Positions 12,471-28,270 of a stretch of 64,000 bases of DNA are shown piece after piece. Each line of letters starts with the position of its first letter. Positions within the stretch are counted from its first letter, which is position 1. Below the pieces are notes generated by a model. That model saw only the letters and a program-made list of their open reading frames with translations, was not told the origin of the DNA and ran no database searches. A program made the translations under genes and the position numbers. Source of the DNA: the human T2T-CHM13v2.0 reference genome, Homo sapiens; the NCBI RefSeq assembly GCF_009914755.1, contig NC_060936.1, one strand, 5' to 3'.

Positions 12471-15446
12471 ACCTCCATATTCCTCATTTTTTGCATAAAT
12501 TACCCATTTCAAACACTGTTTTTACTTGCAATCCATCCCAAAAGGTCAAAAGACAAGACAATCTTGTGTAGAAATTAAATATTGTGGAAACCGAATGCAA
12601 ACCTGATAGTAATAAAAAGAATACAAACGCTATATGAAATATTTGCTTTAGTGGGAAAAAAATATAAAAATGAGAAAATAAACAGCATCATTACAGAGAC
12701 GGAAGAGCACGTGCTGCTTGCCCAGCCTGGATATAATTTTTGGTTCTGATTGTCACAATTACAAGTTAAGTTAGCATTATGTTTTTCATGCTTAATTTAC
12801 TTCTGAGATGTTTAAAAGGACTAGCTCTTCGTGTGTTTGTTTTGCTTAGACACATCTGTTGACACTGCCTTCATCTTATAGTCAAACTGCAGGAGTTGGC
12901 GATGATTACAGATTCAATCCTCTGATTAGAAACAAGACTGATTTTTATGAAACATTTGTTTCTGTATTTTAAAAAAAAGCTTCTTTAATTTCAAACATTG
13001 CAAACCACTTTGTTTATTAGAGCTAGATTTATTTCTTAAGGGTGTACTTTTTTGGTCGGTTTTTGAGGGTTAGACAGAAAGTGGCTCCATTTCAATTACT
13101 GCATGTATGATTAGCAGTGTTATCTAGTTATTCCTCTAAGCTTTTTATTTTTATTTTTCCCTGTCTTTGACGAACACACCAAAAACAAAAGTTGAAAAAT
13201 GTTCGAGTGGGTACAAATGGGTTAAAATTTCCATTTACTTGCGACTTAAAAATTGGGTTCAATTGAGGAGACTAAATCTTTTACCAGAATATGTTTTTGA
13301 GAGATACAAGAGACAACTGTAGCACATTTCTTATCTGTATTCAAATATCTCTTGAACACTCTGAAATATTCCTATTGATTCATTGAACTAATGTTTGTTA
13401 AATAAAAGTTTCTTGAAAAAAATCTAGGGGAGTAATTAATCTTAAACTTATAAAACTAGCTATTTGGTGGTGACATTTTCTCCATTTTCTTCCTTTTAAA
13501 CTTGGCTTATCTTCATTTGTTGTCTATTGCAGATAAGAAACATTCAGGTCAGCAACATCAATAGGTTTTATTACAGAAAAACAGATGTTATCATCACCTA
13601 CTCTGTCGGTTTAATTAGAAATATTGAAATGTTCTATATCCCCGTTAAGCCTAAAACTGTGGGAAATGGCTTGTTTTCCAAGTTCTTTGAATTCTTAAAG
13701 AGCTCCTGCTTCAAAAACTATATTATTTTCTTACATTTTAATGGAAACAGAGAAGAAAAATTTTGGTATTTTTCTAAGCAAATAATCTACAATGTTTTAA
13801 TAAGATATGACCACATTTGACATTGATTTTAATCCCATAGATCATGGTACTATATTAGAGGCAAAAGCCCCATTTTTTGCCAAAAAAATAGGACAATGGG
13901 TCCTCAATATGTTACAATATCAAGTGGACTGCAAAATAACAGGTGGTTAAATACCAAACAGTTTTGTTTTTTATTAAATAACACTTTAGATTAATGATGT
14001 CCTTTACATAGTCCTTTGGGAAGCCAGGCTAACACCTTTTTATCTTCAACATGCAACTTCCATGGTTCCCAAACATCACTCATTCCAATCAATCAGAGAA
14101 ACGAAAATGGCCTGCAAGTGTTATAGCATTTCCGCTAGAACTGAGCCAAAATTCAGTCCCATGACCACAGGCAGGGTAGAAATAGGACCATGGAGGAAAA
14201 AAAATATGGTGACAGCTAACATTCTCTGCCTTAGTTTGCCTACTGGTAATCAAATATCCATTTGCACATTTCTTGCTATGCGTAGAATATGCTGACACTC
14301 TTTTGTAAGGAGAAAACCTGAAGTCCTATCCAGCTTAAAGTCCAGAATCACTTGGTTTTGTGTAGATTTCTCCATGATGTTCAGAAGCAAGTCCAATGGC
14401 AAACACATTAAAAAGACAAATTGTCTCTCCTTCTCCAATCTCCAACATACAAAAACCAGGCCTTCTTCCCTTAGATTGGAGAAAGTTGTTTTATTAGACC
14501 TGAGTCTGATCTCTGGTAAACATTTCCAGAGCCCCCTGCTCCTCCAGCTAATGGATTCTCTGTTGTCTTTTTCTTCTCAGCCACATCTGAAGGGTGTGTT
14601 GAAGAGTATGCTAGCTTTTGTGGTTGCTCAGACTTTTCAGCCTGATTCTCATTTATGTAAGTTTGGAGCTTGAATTAGTTTTTAGGCTTAAACAATTTGA
14701 AGCTATTTTAGAGCACAACAGCGGTTTCTTTGGCTTAACTAGTGGTTATCTCTAATATTGATCATACTTTTTATCTATTTGTGTCTGTCTCTCTTATGTC
14801 CACAAATCACAAAAAGAGAAATTCTTACCAGTTTCTAACTCTGCTCATTTTCTGCCCTCTATTTAATATACAATATACCTATTGTTCAAATTAAAGGCAC
14901 CTACCCACTGACAGTAAGGTCAGCTAAAGAATAGGATTGGTGAGAAAGACAACAGCACACTCTTCTGTTCACTACTTGTTAAATATATTTGAAATATTTC
15001 ATTATTGAATTTCTTTTTCTCAGTTATATTTCAAATTAGTGAAGTTGTTAAACAGAAAAAAAAGAGTTGATTTAAGTGTTGCATAAAAGCATAGTTGAAA
15101 TAGCCAGAGAATCATGTATTCGTATATATAGAATAACTATTTTATTCCATTATATAAGTGTGTATACACAACAATTTTAGGACATGTCATTACTATTCTC
15201 CCTGATTAGAGTTGAATATTGCTTTCTGAGTTATAAACATTATTATTAGATGGCATGTGAGGGCAAGAATGTTTGCTGAAATGTGATCAGGGATTTAGAT
15301 GGCTGAACCTTACCCAGAAACCAGAACAGTACAGCAGAATAATAAAGGAATGTATATCCTTCTTGTTGAGAGCAAACCATATTAGTCAAAGATTACACAT
15401 TCACGTTTGTGGCTACCGTATTTACTTTTGCTAGATAGATGGATAG

Positions 15447-15684
<238 letters not shown>

Positions 15685-17443
15685 GATAGATGCATTCTTA
15701 GTGGTGGAGTATTTTAATATTATACATTTTGATGATAGTAACACTAAAGATTACTCTCCTAGAGGAGCGTGATTGGAGAAAAAAAAGGTCAGAAAACCAA
15801 AGATTTGACTATGTCTTGACTCTAACCTCACTTTAATTAAGGTGCTTCATCTCTGGTGTTCAGTTTCCCCCTCCAACAATGAGAATTAGTGATATGTTTT
15901 CTTAGGCTGAAAGTCTCCTCTCATCAGAGACTGGACAAGCTAGTTGGTTTACTTAGAAGTTGACAATAGTGGGTTGAGAGTTCCAAAGAATTAGATTAAG
16001 AGAAATGTATTATGGAAAAAGTTAAATGAGATCTTGAAATCAGATGCTGAAGCATCAAGACGTGAAGTCAAATTTGAGATAATCATAAATAAACAGTATT
16101 CAATAAATAAACAGAATAAATAAACAGTATTCTCATCTGAATGAGAAGAGCAACAGTTGGGAAATGAATAGGATTGAATGAAGGAAAAGAGAAGACAATT
16201 CAATCGTGAGAATAATTAATAAATTTCTGGAAAACCAGTGGGCATAAGTATACTAGTGTCCCCTAGTGTGAGTCTATATCCAGGATGGAGGAGACTAGTG
16301 CATTCCATCTCAAATATTCTCTAATTCAGTGGTGTTGTCTTAAATTGGAAAACAAATAATTTAATAGAATGAGGTTCCTGAAACTACAAGAGTAATAGGG
16401 AGCCAATGGGTAAATAAAGAATAGATTACCAGATAAGGCCAGAATATGTCTGACAGACTTGATTTTCAAGGTATAAGTAGAAAATCAAGGTTTGACATAA
16501 TCAGAAATACAGTATTTAAGAAACAATAAAATCTTATCATATGCAAAATTAGCATAAAAATATGTAAAACATATTTATATCTTATAGAAAATATGTTCAA
16601 ATGTGTCCCCTAACTTCTCAAGAAGAATATTAGCCTTTCTTACAGAATGTGATAATGAAACGATAAACTGCCCAAGGACAGCAATTCAGGTTCAGAGAAT
16701 GTCATAGCCATATTCTGATCCCTCATGAATGCAGGTATTGCATTAAAATGTCAGGTGGGAACTGCAGCTAGAAACCAGGAATTCATTTATACAGCTTCAA
16801 ATACAAGTTATTAAAAATAATTTCTAATTATAATTAGGAAAGTCCTGCATTGTTTTCTAGTGACTGACGTCTGCCATATAATTTAACCCATTGAAGGATG
16901 GTAATAACTAGTTAAGACACATGCCCTACAATAATATCTTTAAAACTCGTTTCTGATTTGTTCTATTATCATACTAAAGACACCCTGACAAAAGAGTTGA
17001 TGATGAGAGTATCTCAATAGCCAGCACAATCTGGAAGCTTTTGGAGCCAAAGGTAAAGAAATAATTTCCCAAATGTTAGTCTAGAGGCTCAAGTGAAAAA
17101 AAAATAAACAAAAATGGCTTACTAGAATTTCCAGTAATAAAGCAGCATTGATGGAACATGATAAAAGGACACAGCCGATAGTCCAAAATTCTTCTGAAAC
17201 AGGCAACAAGAAGATACATAAATCATAAAGTCTTCAGTTCTGATTGCTGCTTCACTTCTTGAAACTTAAACATAATAGTAGAATCATTTTTTCTTTTCTT
17301 ATTGCAGGAGTCTAATTCTGACCCTCACTATCTTGACCAATAAAATGAAAATAATGACACTAAAACATGTTTAGTATTTATTATTTAGCACAAAAATGGG
17401 AACAAAGAACAAGGGAAACAAATAGAAAATGGTAACAAATATT

Positions 17444-17854
<411 letters not shown>

Positions 17855-17989
17855 TCAGAGTGAATCAAAACACAAGACCAAAATATATGTTGTCTATAAG
17901 AGTTCCACATTAAATATAAAGACATGTAGATTAAAGATAAAAAGATGGAGAAATATATACAACAATAACACTAATTAAAAGACATCAGG

Positions 17990-20900
17990 GGAACTTCAGT
18001 AACATGGCATCATAAGACTTTCCAGCATTTGTTCCCTTGAAGAAACAGCAATTTGAATGACTATTTAAATATCTTCACAAGAACTAAGGAAACCAGATGA
18101 GTGATTACAGCACAGAGATGCAGCACAGAAATAAAATCACTGAAGATGGTAGGAAGGGCACTTTCATGTTATCCATGTCAAAAGCCCTGGTAGCCCAGAA
18201 CGGAGAGATACTCACTGCACTTAACTTTGTTATGGAACCCAGTACCAATCCCACCATAGTGAAACCCAGTGCTAGGCAGGCCCCCATACTCCAAAGTCTA
18301 GGTGAGCCTCAGTCTAAGTTTTTAGGCTCAACCCAGTACCAGGCCAGCTCCCTCCACCCCAGACTCCAGGATAACACCCACAAACCTAGCTTCTAGGCTT
18401 GCCCCAGGTGTCAGAGGGGCACCTGTAGCCCCAGGATCCAGGTCTGCCCCATAGACTCACCTTCTGGGCATGCTTCAGCTTCAGGTTGGCCCAAGGAGTA
18501 GCAGGCACCAGGCCAGCACCAGTGCCAGGCTAGAACCTAATTTCTCAGTCTCCAAGCTTGTCCCAGCTCCAGGCCAGGTTCAGGTTCAAGCTTGGTCCCC
18601 GAAAGCTTGTTGGTCCAGGTTGGGTCCAAGCCCATTCCATTGGACCTAGGGTTCAGGTTAATGCTGAAATAACATGAGATGGCTTCCATGAACCCACACT
18701 GTAGGACTGCCCCTGTGGATTCAGGGTACAGGCCAGACCCTATGACTACAAATTAAGACCTTCCCCTGTAAACTTAGACTCCATACCCACCTCAGTGCCA
18801 GGTCAGCTCCCAAGGACTGAGACTCCAAGCTTGTCCTCATGAACTTAGTGCTGGGCTAGCATCTATAGAATCAAGTTGGCTAAAGACCCACTCTAGCACC
18901 AGGCTGGCCCCAGTGGACCCAGGCTTCAGGCTGACCTCAGTGACACAGGCTTCAGGCCCAGCACTGTAAGCCCAGGATCCAGAACCACCTCATGGACTCA
19001 TTCAGCAGATCCACACCCATAGACATTGACACAAGGCCAGCCCCTGTGGACCCAAAATTCAGGTTTGATCCTGTGGAAACAGACCCGAGGTCCACCCAAC
19101 TGCGGACCAAACCATCAGTTCTCTCTGCCGAGGATTCCAGCTGCAAGCCAACCTACTAACCCACCAAATAGCACACACAGAAATTATGGATAGGCAAACT
19201 GGTGAAGGGCTTTTCTCAGCAAACCCAGTCTTTAAAGGCGGGAGAGGTGCCTACTTCTTAAAATGCACAGTCAATAACCTATAGCCACAAGAATCATGAA
19301 TAATGGAAACCTGACACCACCAAAAAAAAAAAACAAAAACACTAGTAATTGACCCTAAAGAAAAGAGATTTATGCACTGCCTGACAAAGAATTCAAACTA
19401 ATCACCCTAAGGAAACTCAGTGAGCTATAAGATAACACAAATATACAATTAAATGAAATTAAGAAAATGGTACATAAACATCAACAAAGAGAAACCACAA
19501 ACCAATCAGAAATTCTGGAGCTAAAGAATACAATGAATGAACTAAAAAATCTCATAGAGAGCTTTTCAGCAGAGGAATCAGTGCATTCCAAGGCAGGTTA
19601 TTTGAGATTACCCAGTTAGAAAGACAAAAAGTATGAAAAAGATTGGAAATAGGAATATTTCCTATAGGAAATAGGTGACCCCATGAAATGAACCAATTTA
19701 TGCATTACAGAAATTCTGGAAGAAGAGACGAAAAAAAAGGAGCAGAAAACTTGCTTTAAAAAATAATGACAGCTGCTCAAATATGGAGAGGAAATGGACA
19801 TCTTGATTCATGAATTCCAAAGAAACACAAATAGATTAAACATAAAGAATTTGTTGCTGAGACACATTATAATCAAATTCTCCAAATCAAAGATGAAGAG
19901 AGAATTTTGAAAGCAATTAAGAGCGACTTGTCACATACAAGGGAGGTTCTCATAAGACTGTAAGCAGATTTCTCAGCAGTAACCTTACAGACCAGGAGAA
20001 AGTAGGATGATATGAAAGAAAAATAAACTTGACAACCAAGAATACTACAGTCTGGCTATACTTCATATGTGAAAGAAAGATAAGGAATTTCCTAAAAAAT
20101 CAAGTGCTGTGGCAGTTCCTCAGTGCAAAGGAGGTTTACCAATTACCAGTCTCAAGGGAGAATTAACACTGCATGGAGGAAAGCAAAGATCATCACTGTG
20201 CCAATCACTAGAAATAGAAGTTTGAATATTTCTGCTGATTTCATCACAGGTTTCAGTTTTACTAACTGCCTGAGTCCAGTTAGACAGAACACAGTCACAT
20301 GCAACAAGTTACATTAAGTGGATTTGTTATTTACATATAGGCAGCAATGTTTCAAGAGAAGGCTATGAGTTATTGCAATCCAGTCTACAAGACTGAGAAA
20401 AGCTTCCTGGGGTGGAAGCAGTTTTGACTTCATGTGGCACACTTGTGCCAAGGCTGAGGGACTTTGAAAGCAGCCCACTACAGGTTATATACCTCAGGCT
20501 GCATGATACCCTGATCTACAGTGTTAAAGGACATTTGTTTCTAGGGGAGAGAAGAACAGAGTCTGGGCTCTCCTTGCCACAGGATGTCTCAGGAAATTCT
20601 TCTCTATCTCATGATGTTACAATTTTCTACAAGGAACAGCAACAAAGCCTGGGCTGTTTGGACACTTTCTATCTCAGGGTGTTGTATTCTCAGTGCAGTC
20701 TACAGTTATGCTGAGAACTACAAGCAAGAAGAGGTGGGGGAGAAACTGATCCAGCAAAGATATTTGGGCACTTCCCAGAAATCAGCACTAGACCTACCTT
20801 ATAAGAAATGCCAAAGGAAATGTTTTCAAGTTGAAATGAAAGGATTCTAACTAACACAAGAAAATATGAAAGTATAAAACTCGATGGAAAGTATACGATC

Positions 20901-23458
20901 AAATTCAGAATAATCTAATACTGTAAGGTGCTATATAAATCCCTTTAAACATGAGTATAAAAGTTATGAGACAAAAGTATTAACTGAAAATAAATGTGTT
21001 AATGAATACAATAAAAAATAAAGTAAATTTTGACATCAAAACTTATAATGTGAGGGAGGATGTAAAAATGTAGAGTTATATGCAATTGAAGATAAATTTC
21101 TATCAAGTTAAAATAGATTGTTATGTTTTATCTGATAGTAACAACAAATCAAAATCTATAGTAGACACACAAAAGACAAAAAGTAAGGAATCAAAGCTAC
21201 TACAATACAAAATTATGAAATCACAAGGAAACAGCAAAAGAGCAATAAAAGAACAAAGGAGCTACAAAAGAGTCAGGATACAACAAAATGAAAGTCTTAA
21301 GTCCTAATGTATTAATAATTAGTTTAAATGTGAATGATTAGATTCTCCAGTTGAAAAAACATAGATTGGCTAAATGGATTGAAAAAAAAACAAAACAACC
21401 AACTATATACTGCTCAGAAGAAACTCACTTTAAGAACACAAATTGACTAAAAGTGTTCTTTTAGTCTATTTGACTAAAATAGTTAAATAAAGAAAAAACA
21501 GATTCCGTGAAAATGGTAATCAACCCAAAAAATAGTTGAGTAGTTATAATAGTAGACAAAATAGATTTTAAGTCAAATTGTCCCAAGAGAAAATTAGGAT
21601 TTTTATGTAATGATAGAGGGGTAAATTGATATAAAAATTATAAATATGTACTTAACATAGGAATGACTAAATACATAAAGAAAACATTAACGGAATGGAA
21701 ATGAGAAATAAATAGAAAGAAGACACAAATAAATGGAAAGGTATTCTCTGTTCATGAATGGAAGAAAATGCCCATACTACTTAAATCAATCTAAAAATTC
21801 AATGCAATAGCTATCAAAATTCTAATGGCATTTCCCACAGATATAGAAAAAATGATAATAGTTTACAAATTCATATGAAACCACAAAGTTACTTAAATAT
21901 ATAAGGCAATCTTGAACAAAAGAACAAAGCTAGAGGCATCATACTATCTCATTTCAAATTATATTGCAAACCTGTAGTCATCAAAACAACATGGTCCTGG
22001 TATGAAAACAGACATACAGACCATTGGAACAGAATGGAAGGACAAGAAATAAATACACACCTTTGCAGTCAATTACTCTTTGACAAAAGTGTCAAGAACA
22101 CACAATAAAGGAAGAAGTCTCCTCAATAAATGGTGTTAGGAAAACGGCATACTCACATGCTGAAGGATAAAATTGAAACCTTAACTCACATCATTTACAA
22201 AAGCAAACTCAAAATTGATTACATACTTAAACATAAGACCTGAAGCGTAAGATTTATGAAAAAAAAAAATAACACGGGGAAGCTTCATGACATTGGTCTG
22301 GGGAATAAATTATTAGATAAGACCCCATAAGCACAGGAAACAAAAGCAAAAATAGGCAAATAGGATTGCAACACATGAAAAAGCTTATTCAAGCAAGTGA
22401 AACAATCAACAGAGAAAAGTGACAACTTATGGAATAGAAGAAAATATTTTTGAACCATACACCTGATAAGGGTCTAAATTCCAAAATATATAGAAAACAC
22501 AAAGATTCAATTAACAACAACAACAAAAAAACAAATGTACTCAACATTAGCAATCTTGAGGGAAATCCCAATTAAAACCACAATAAGGTATCACCTCATA
22601 CCTGCTAGAATGCCTATTATAAAAAAGACAGAACATAGCAAGTGTTGACAAAGATGCAGAGAAAAGGGAGCCCTTATACATTCTTTGTTGAGATGTAGAT
22701 TAGTAGAAGAATTATGAAAAACTCTGTAGAAGATCCTCAAAAAACTAAAAATATCATATAATCCTGTACACCACTTCTGGGTACATATCCAAAGAAAATG
22801 AAATCAGTATGTCAGAGAGTTATCTGTGATCCCATTTCATTGCAGCATTATTTAAAATAGCCAAGATATGAGATCAAGCTAAATGTCCATCAACAGATTA
22901 GTGAATAAAGAAGATAATATGTATGTGTGTTTGTGCATGTGTATCATATATATGATGGATTGCTATTTAGCCTTAAAAATAAAGATACCCTATAATTTGC
23001 AACAACATGTATAAACTAGGAGGATAAATGCTGAAGGAAATAAAGCAGGCACAGAAGGACAAATAGTACATGATCTCATTTATATATGGAATCAATAAAA
23101 AGCTGAATTTATAGAAGAGAGTAGTATGCTGGTAGTCAGAAGTAGAAAGAAGGATGACAAGATGTTGGTTAAGGGGTACAAAGTTTCCTTTACATGGGCT
23201 GAATAAATTCTGGAGATTTATTGCATAGCATGTTAACTATCATTAATAACAATGTATTGTTACTTGAAAATTGCTGAGAATTTATCTCTAATTTTCTTAT
23301 TATTTAAAAATATGTATTTGAAGTAATGGCTATATTGATTAGCTTGATTTAATAATTCCACAATATATACATATATCATAACATCACATTGCACACTGTA
23401 AATATATACAATGTTTATTTGTCAATTATGCCTTAATAAAGTAGGGGTTGGGTAGGGG
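17990..23458 (+). mobile_element. Near-full-length L1MA (L1MA7-9-like) with internal ORF2 deletion
   Basis: 5' UTR with degenerate GC-rich subrepeats (about 18270-19170), ORF1 remnant (about 19260-20850), ORF2 remnant from about 21300, 3' end tttatttgtcaattatgccttaataaag. Confidence 0.85.
20124..20780 (-). mobile_element. Solo ERVL-class LTR (MER74-like) inside L1MA ORF1
   Basis: L1 ORF1 breaks at agttcctcag and resumes at atcagcactagacc; 5-bp TSD ctcag/atcag; insert begins TG; contains gcaacaagttacattaagtggatttgttatttac and ggttatatacctcagg (TATA on the minus strand). Confidence 0.7.
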
Positions 23459-26400
23459 AAGAAAGTGGGAGTGGTAATGTTAATTTCAATCAGAGCAAAT
23501 GTTAGAGCAAAGCAAGGTTTCAGGAATAAAAAGCAGCGTTACATAATAATAAAGAGGTCAATACTTTAAGAAGGCATAACAATCCTTAATGTGTATCCAT
23601 CTAACAAAAGATGTCACAATATGTAAGGCAAAAATTGAAAGAACTGGGAGGAAAACTAGATAAATCTACTATTGTAGTTGAAGGTGTTAACACCTCTCCA
23701 TCAGAAATGGGCATGTCCAGTAAGCAGAAAATCCATAAGGATATAGCTGACTGCAACACCATCAATCAACTGGATATAATTGACATTTATAGACTATTCA
23801 AAATCAGCAGATGATTACACATTCTTCTCAAACTCACATGGACCGTTCACCAAGATAGACCACATCCTGGGCCATTAAACATAATCTTAACAAATTTCTA
23901 AAAAGAGAAATCATACAATGTCTGCTCTCAGATCACAGTGAAATTACACCAAGAATCAATAGGAGAAAGGTAGCTGTAAAACCCCAAAATACTTGAAGAT
24001 TAAATACACTAATAATTAAAACATGGGTCAAAAAAGAAACCTCAAAACTTTTGAAGTAAATGAGAATTAAACAGAACTCATAAAAATTTGTAGTTTGTAG
24101 TAAAAGCCGTGCTTCGAGGAAGATTTACAGCATTGAATGGATATTTGAAAATAAAATAAGATGTGAAATAAAAAATCTAAATTCCATCTTAGGAAGCTAG
24201 AAAAAGAAGAGAAAATTAAATCCAAGATAAGCAGAAGAAAAGAACTAATAAAGATTGAAACAAAAGTAAATGAAATTGAAAACAGTAAATCAATACTGAA
24301 ACCTACTAAAGCAAAAGCTAGTACTTTGAAAATATTAATAAAATTGATGACCCTCTAGCTAAAGAATAAAAGAAAGAAAACCTAAATTACTAATATGACA
24401 TAAGAAAGATAGGGCATCACTACAGATCCCACGAATGGTAAAACAATAATAAAGGAATATTACGAACTACCCTATGCTCACAAATTTGATAACCTGGACA
24501 AAATGCATCAATTCCTTGAAAGAAACAACCTGTCACTCACACAAGAAGAAGTATACAATCTTATACTAATAGGCTTATATCTATTAGGAAATTGAATCAA
24601 TAATTAATTAATTTTCAAAATAAAAAACTCAGCTCAGATGGGTTTACCGGTGAATTTTACCAAACTTTTAACAAATAAATTATAATAATTATCTCTGATC
24701 TCCTTCAGAAGATAGAAGAAAAGTGAACTTTTCCTATGCATTCTATGAGGCCAACATTACTCTAATAACATAACTGCCCAAAGACATAACTAGAAAACTG
24801 CAGTTCAATATCTCTCATGAACGTAGATGCACAAAAACATTAATATATTAGCAAATTGAATCCAACAAGGTATAAAAAGTATCACAAACCACGATCAAGT
24901 AAAACTCATTCCAGGTATGGAAGGCTAGCTCCCAATTAGAAAATTAATTAATATAACAAATAACATCAATAGGCTAAAGACAAAACACAATCACATCAAT
25001 AGATGTAGAAAAAATATTTGACAAAATTTAACAGCCATTCATGGTGAAAACTCTTAGTAAACCAGGAATAGAGGAAAATTTCCTCAACTTGATAAAGAAT
25101 ATCTATAGAAAAACCTACAGCTAATATCATACTTAATGATGAAACACTCGAAGCTTTCCCACTAATATCAAGAACAAGGCAAGGATATCCTCCCTTGCCA
25201 CTGCTTTTCAAGTCATACCAGAAGTCCTAGCTAATGTAAAGAGATATTAAACTAAAATAAAAGATATATAAATTCAGAAGGAATAAATAAAACTCTCTTT
25301 GTACACAGGTAACATAATTGTCTATGTAGAAAATCCAAAGTTATCAACAAAAAAGCTCTTGGAAATTATAAGCAATGATGGCAAAGTTGCAAGATGCAGA
25401 GTTGACACACAAAAGTAAGCCACTTTCTTATATACCAGCAATAAACAAGTGAATTTTGAAATTAAAACACATTATGGTTTACATCAGCAACCAAAAATGA
25501 AATATTTAGATATAAATCTAATGAAATTTGTATAAGATCTATATAAGGAAAACTACAACACTGATGAAAGATTTCAAACAAAAACTAGATGAATGAAGAG
25601 ATACTTCATGTTCATGGATATAAAGGTTCAATATTGTCAAGATGTCAGTTCTTCCCAGCTTGATCTATAGATTCAACAGGATGCCAATCAATATCCCAGC
25701 AAATTATTTTTTGGGTATCAACAAAGTGAGCCTAAAGTCTATATAGAGAGGCAAAACCCCCAAAATAGCTAACTCAATACCAAAGAAGATAAAAGTTCGA
25801 AGACCGACACTACCTGACTTGAAAACTTATAAAGCTACAGTAATCAAGACAGTGTATTGGCAAGGGAACAGATAAATAAAGCAATGCAACAGAATAAAGA
25901 GCATGAAAATAGATCCACATAAATATAGTCAACTGATCTTTGACAAGGGAACAGCTGCAATACTGCCCAGTGGAGTGAAAATAGTATTTTCAACAAAAAG
26001 TGCTGGAACAACTGAACATCTGCTTGCAAAACAGTGAATCCAGACACAGAACACCTTATGCCCTTCCCTTCACAAAAATTAACTCAAAATAGATCACAGA
26101 ACTAAATATAAAATGTAAAATTATAAGACTCCTATAAGATAACATTGAAGAAAACCTAGATTACTTTGGGTATGATGATGGCTTTTTAGATACATCCCCA
26201 AAGGTCTGAAATAAAAAAAAATCAATAACCTGGACTTTATTAAAATAAACTTCTGCTCTGCAAAAGACAGTGTCAGAATCATTGTCTTCAGAGAATCAAA
26301 AAGCAAGCCACAGATGAGGAAAAATATATTTGCATAAGACACATCTAATAAAGGACTCATACAAAATACACAAAAATTTTTAAAACTTAAAAACAAGAAA

Positions 26401-26465
26401 ACAACCAGTCCAAATAAAAAATGGGCAAAAGACCTGAACAGACACCTTGTCAAAAAAGATGTACA

Positions 26466-26951
<486 letters not shown>

Positions 26952-27300
26952 TCATTCACTGCTGGTGGATATGCATAATGGTACAGCCTCTTTGGAAGAC
27001 AGTGCAGCAGTTTCTTACAAAATTAAACATATTCTTACTATAAGATCAAGCAACTGTGCTCCTTGGTATGTACTCAAATGAAGAGAAAACTTATTTCCAC
27101 AAACAAAAAACCTGCCTGCAGATGTTTTTGACAGATTTATTCATGATTGTCAAAACATGGAAGTAACCAAGATGTCCTTTTCAGTAGGTAAATAGATAAA
27201 CTGTGATTTATGCAAGGCAATAAAATATTATTCAGTGCTAAAATGAAATGAGCTATCAAGCCAGCTAACAACATAAAGGAAATTTAAATGCATATCACTA

Positions 27301-27663
<363 letters not shown>

Positions 27664-28099
27664 TCAAATTACAGAACATTCTAGAAAAGGCAAAATTATG
27701 GCGGAAGTAAAAACATTTGTGAATCCCATGGATTGGAGGGGAGAGAGGGATGAAAAGGCAAAGTACAAAGGATGTTTAAGACAGTAAAACTATTATGTGA
27801 TGCTACAATGTTGGATAAATGTCATTATGTATTTATCCAAAAACAAAGAATGTATAATAACAAGAATGAACTGATTATAAACTGTGGACTTTGGGATAAT
27901 AAAGTGTAAAATCTAGGTTCATCAACTGTAAAATATATACCACTGTGCTGTGTGATGCCAATAGTGTGGGAGGTTCTGCGTATGTGGTGAGGGGGTATAT
28001 AGGAACCCTAGGTACATTCCTCTCAATTTTGCTGTGAACCTAAAATTGCTCTAAAAAGTAAATGTATTACTTTTAAAATATCAATAAAATGTGTAAACT

Positions 28100-28270
28100 G
28101 CCCCAGTGTGTGTGTGGTGGGGGGATAGAGATAGGTTCCTTAAAAAGCATGGAGTTTTCTTTTGGGGTGATTAAACTATTTTGAAACTAGACAGAGGTGG
28201 TGATTGTACAACATTCTGAATGCAGTAAATATCACTGAATTGCATAAATTTTACCTTGATAAATAAATAA
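28100..28270 (+). mobile_element. L1MB-like 3' end
   Basis: ttcttttggggtgattaaactattttgaaactagacagaggtggtgattgtacaacattctgaat. Confidence 0.65.

Noticed and set aside
14062-14673. Cluster of overlapping short ORFs as a possible coding exon or processed pseudogene
   Set aside because: No recognisable protein motif or consistent splice sites; part resembles an old MLT-type LTR
18270-19170. GC-rich degenerate tandem array as an independent satellite or gene
   Set aside because: Lies between the L1MA 5' end and ORF1, so it is 5' UTR subrepeat structure
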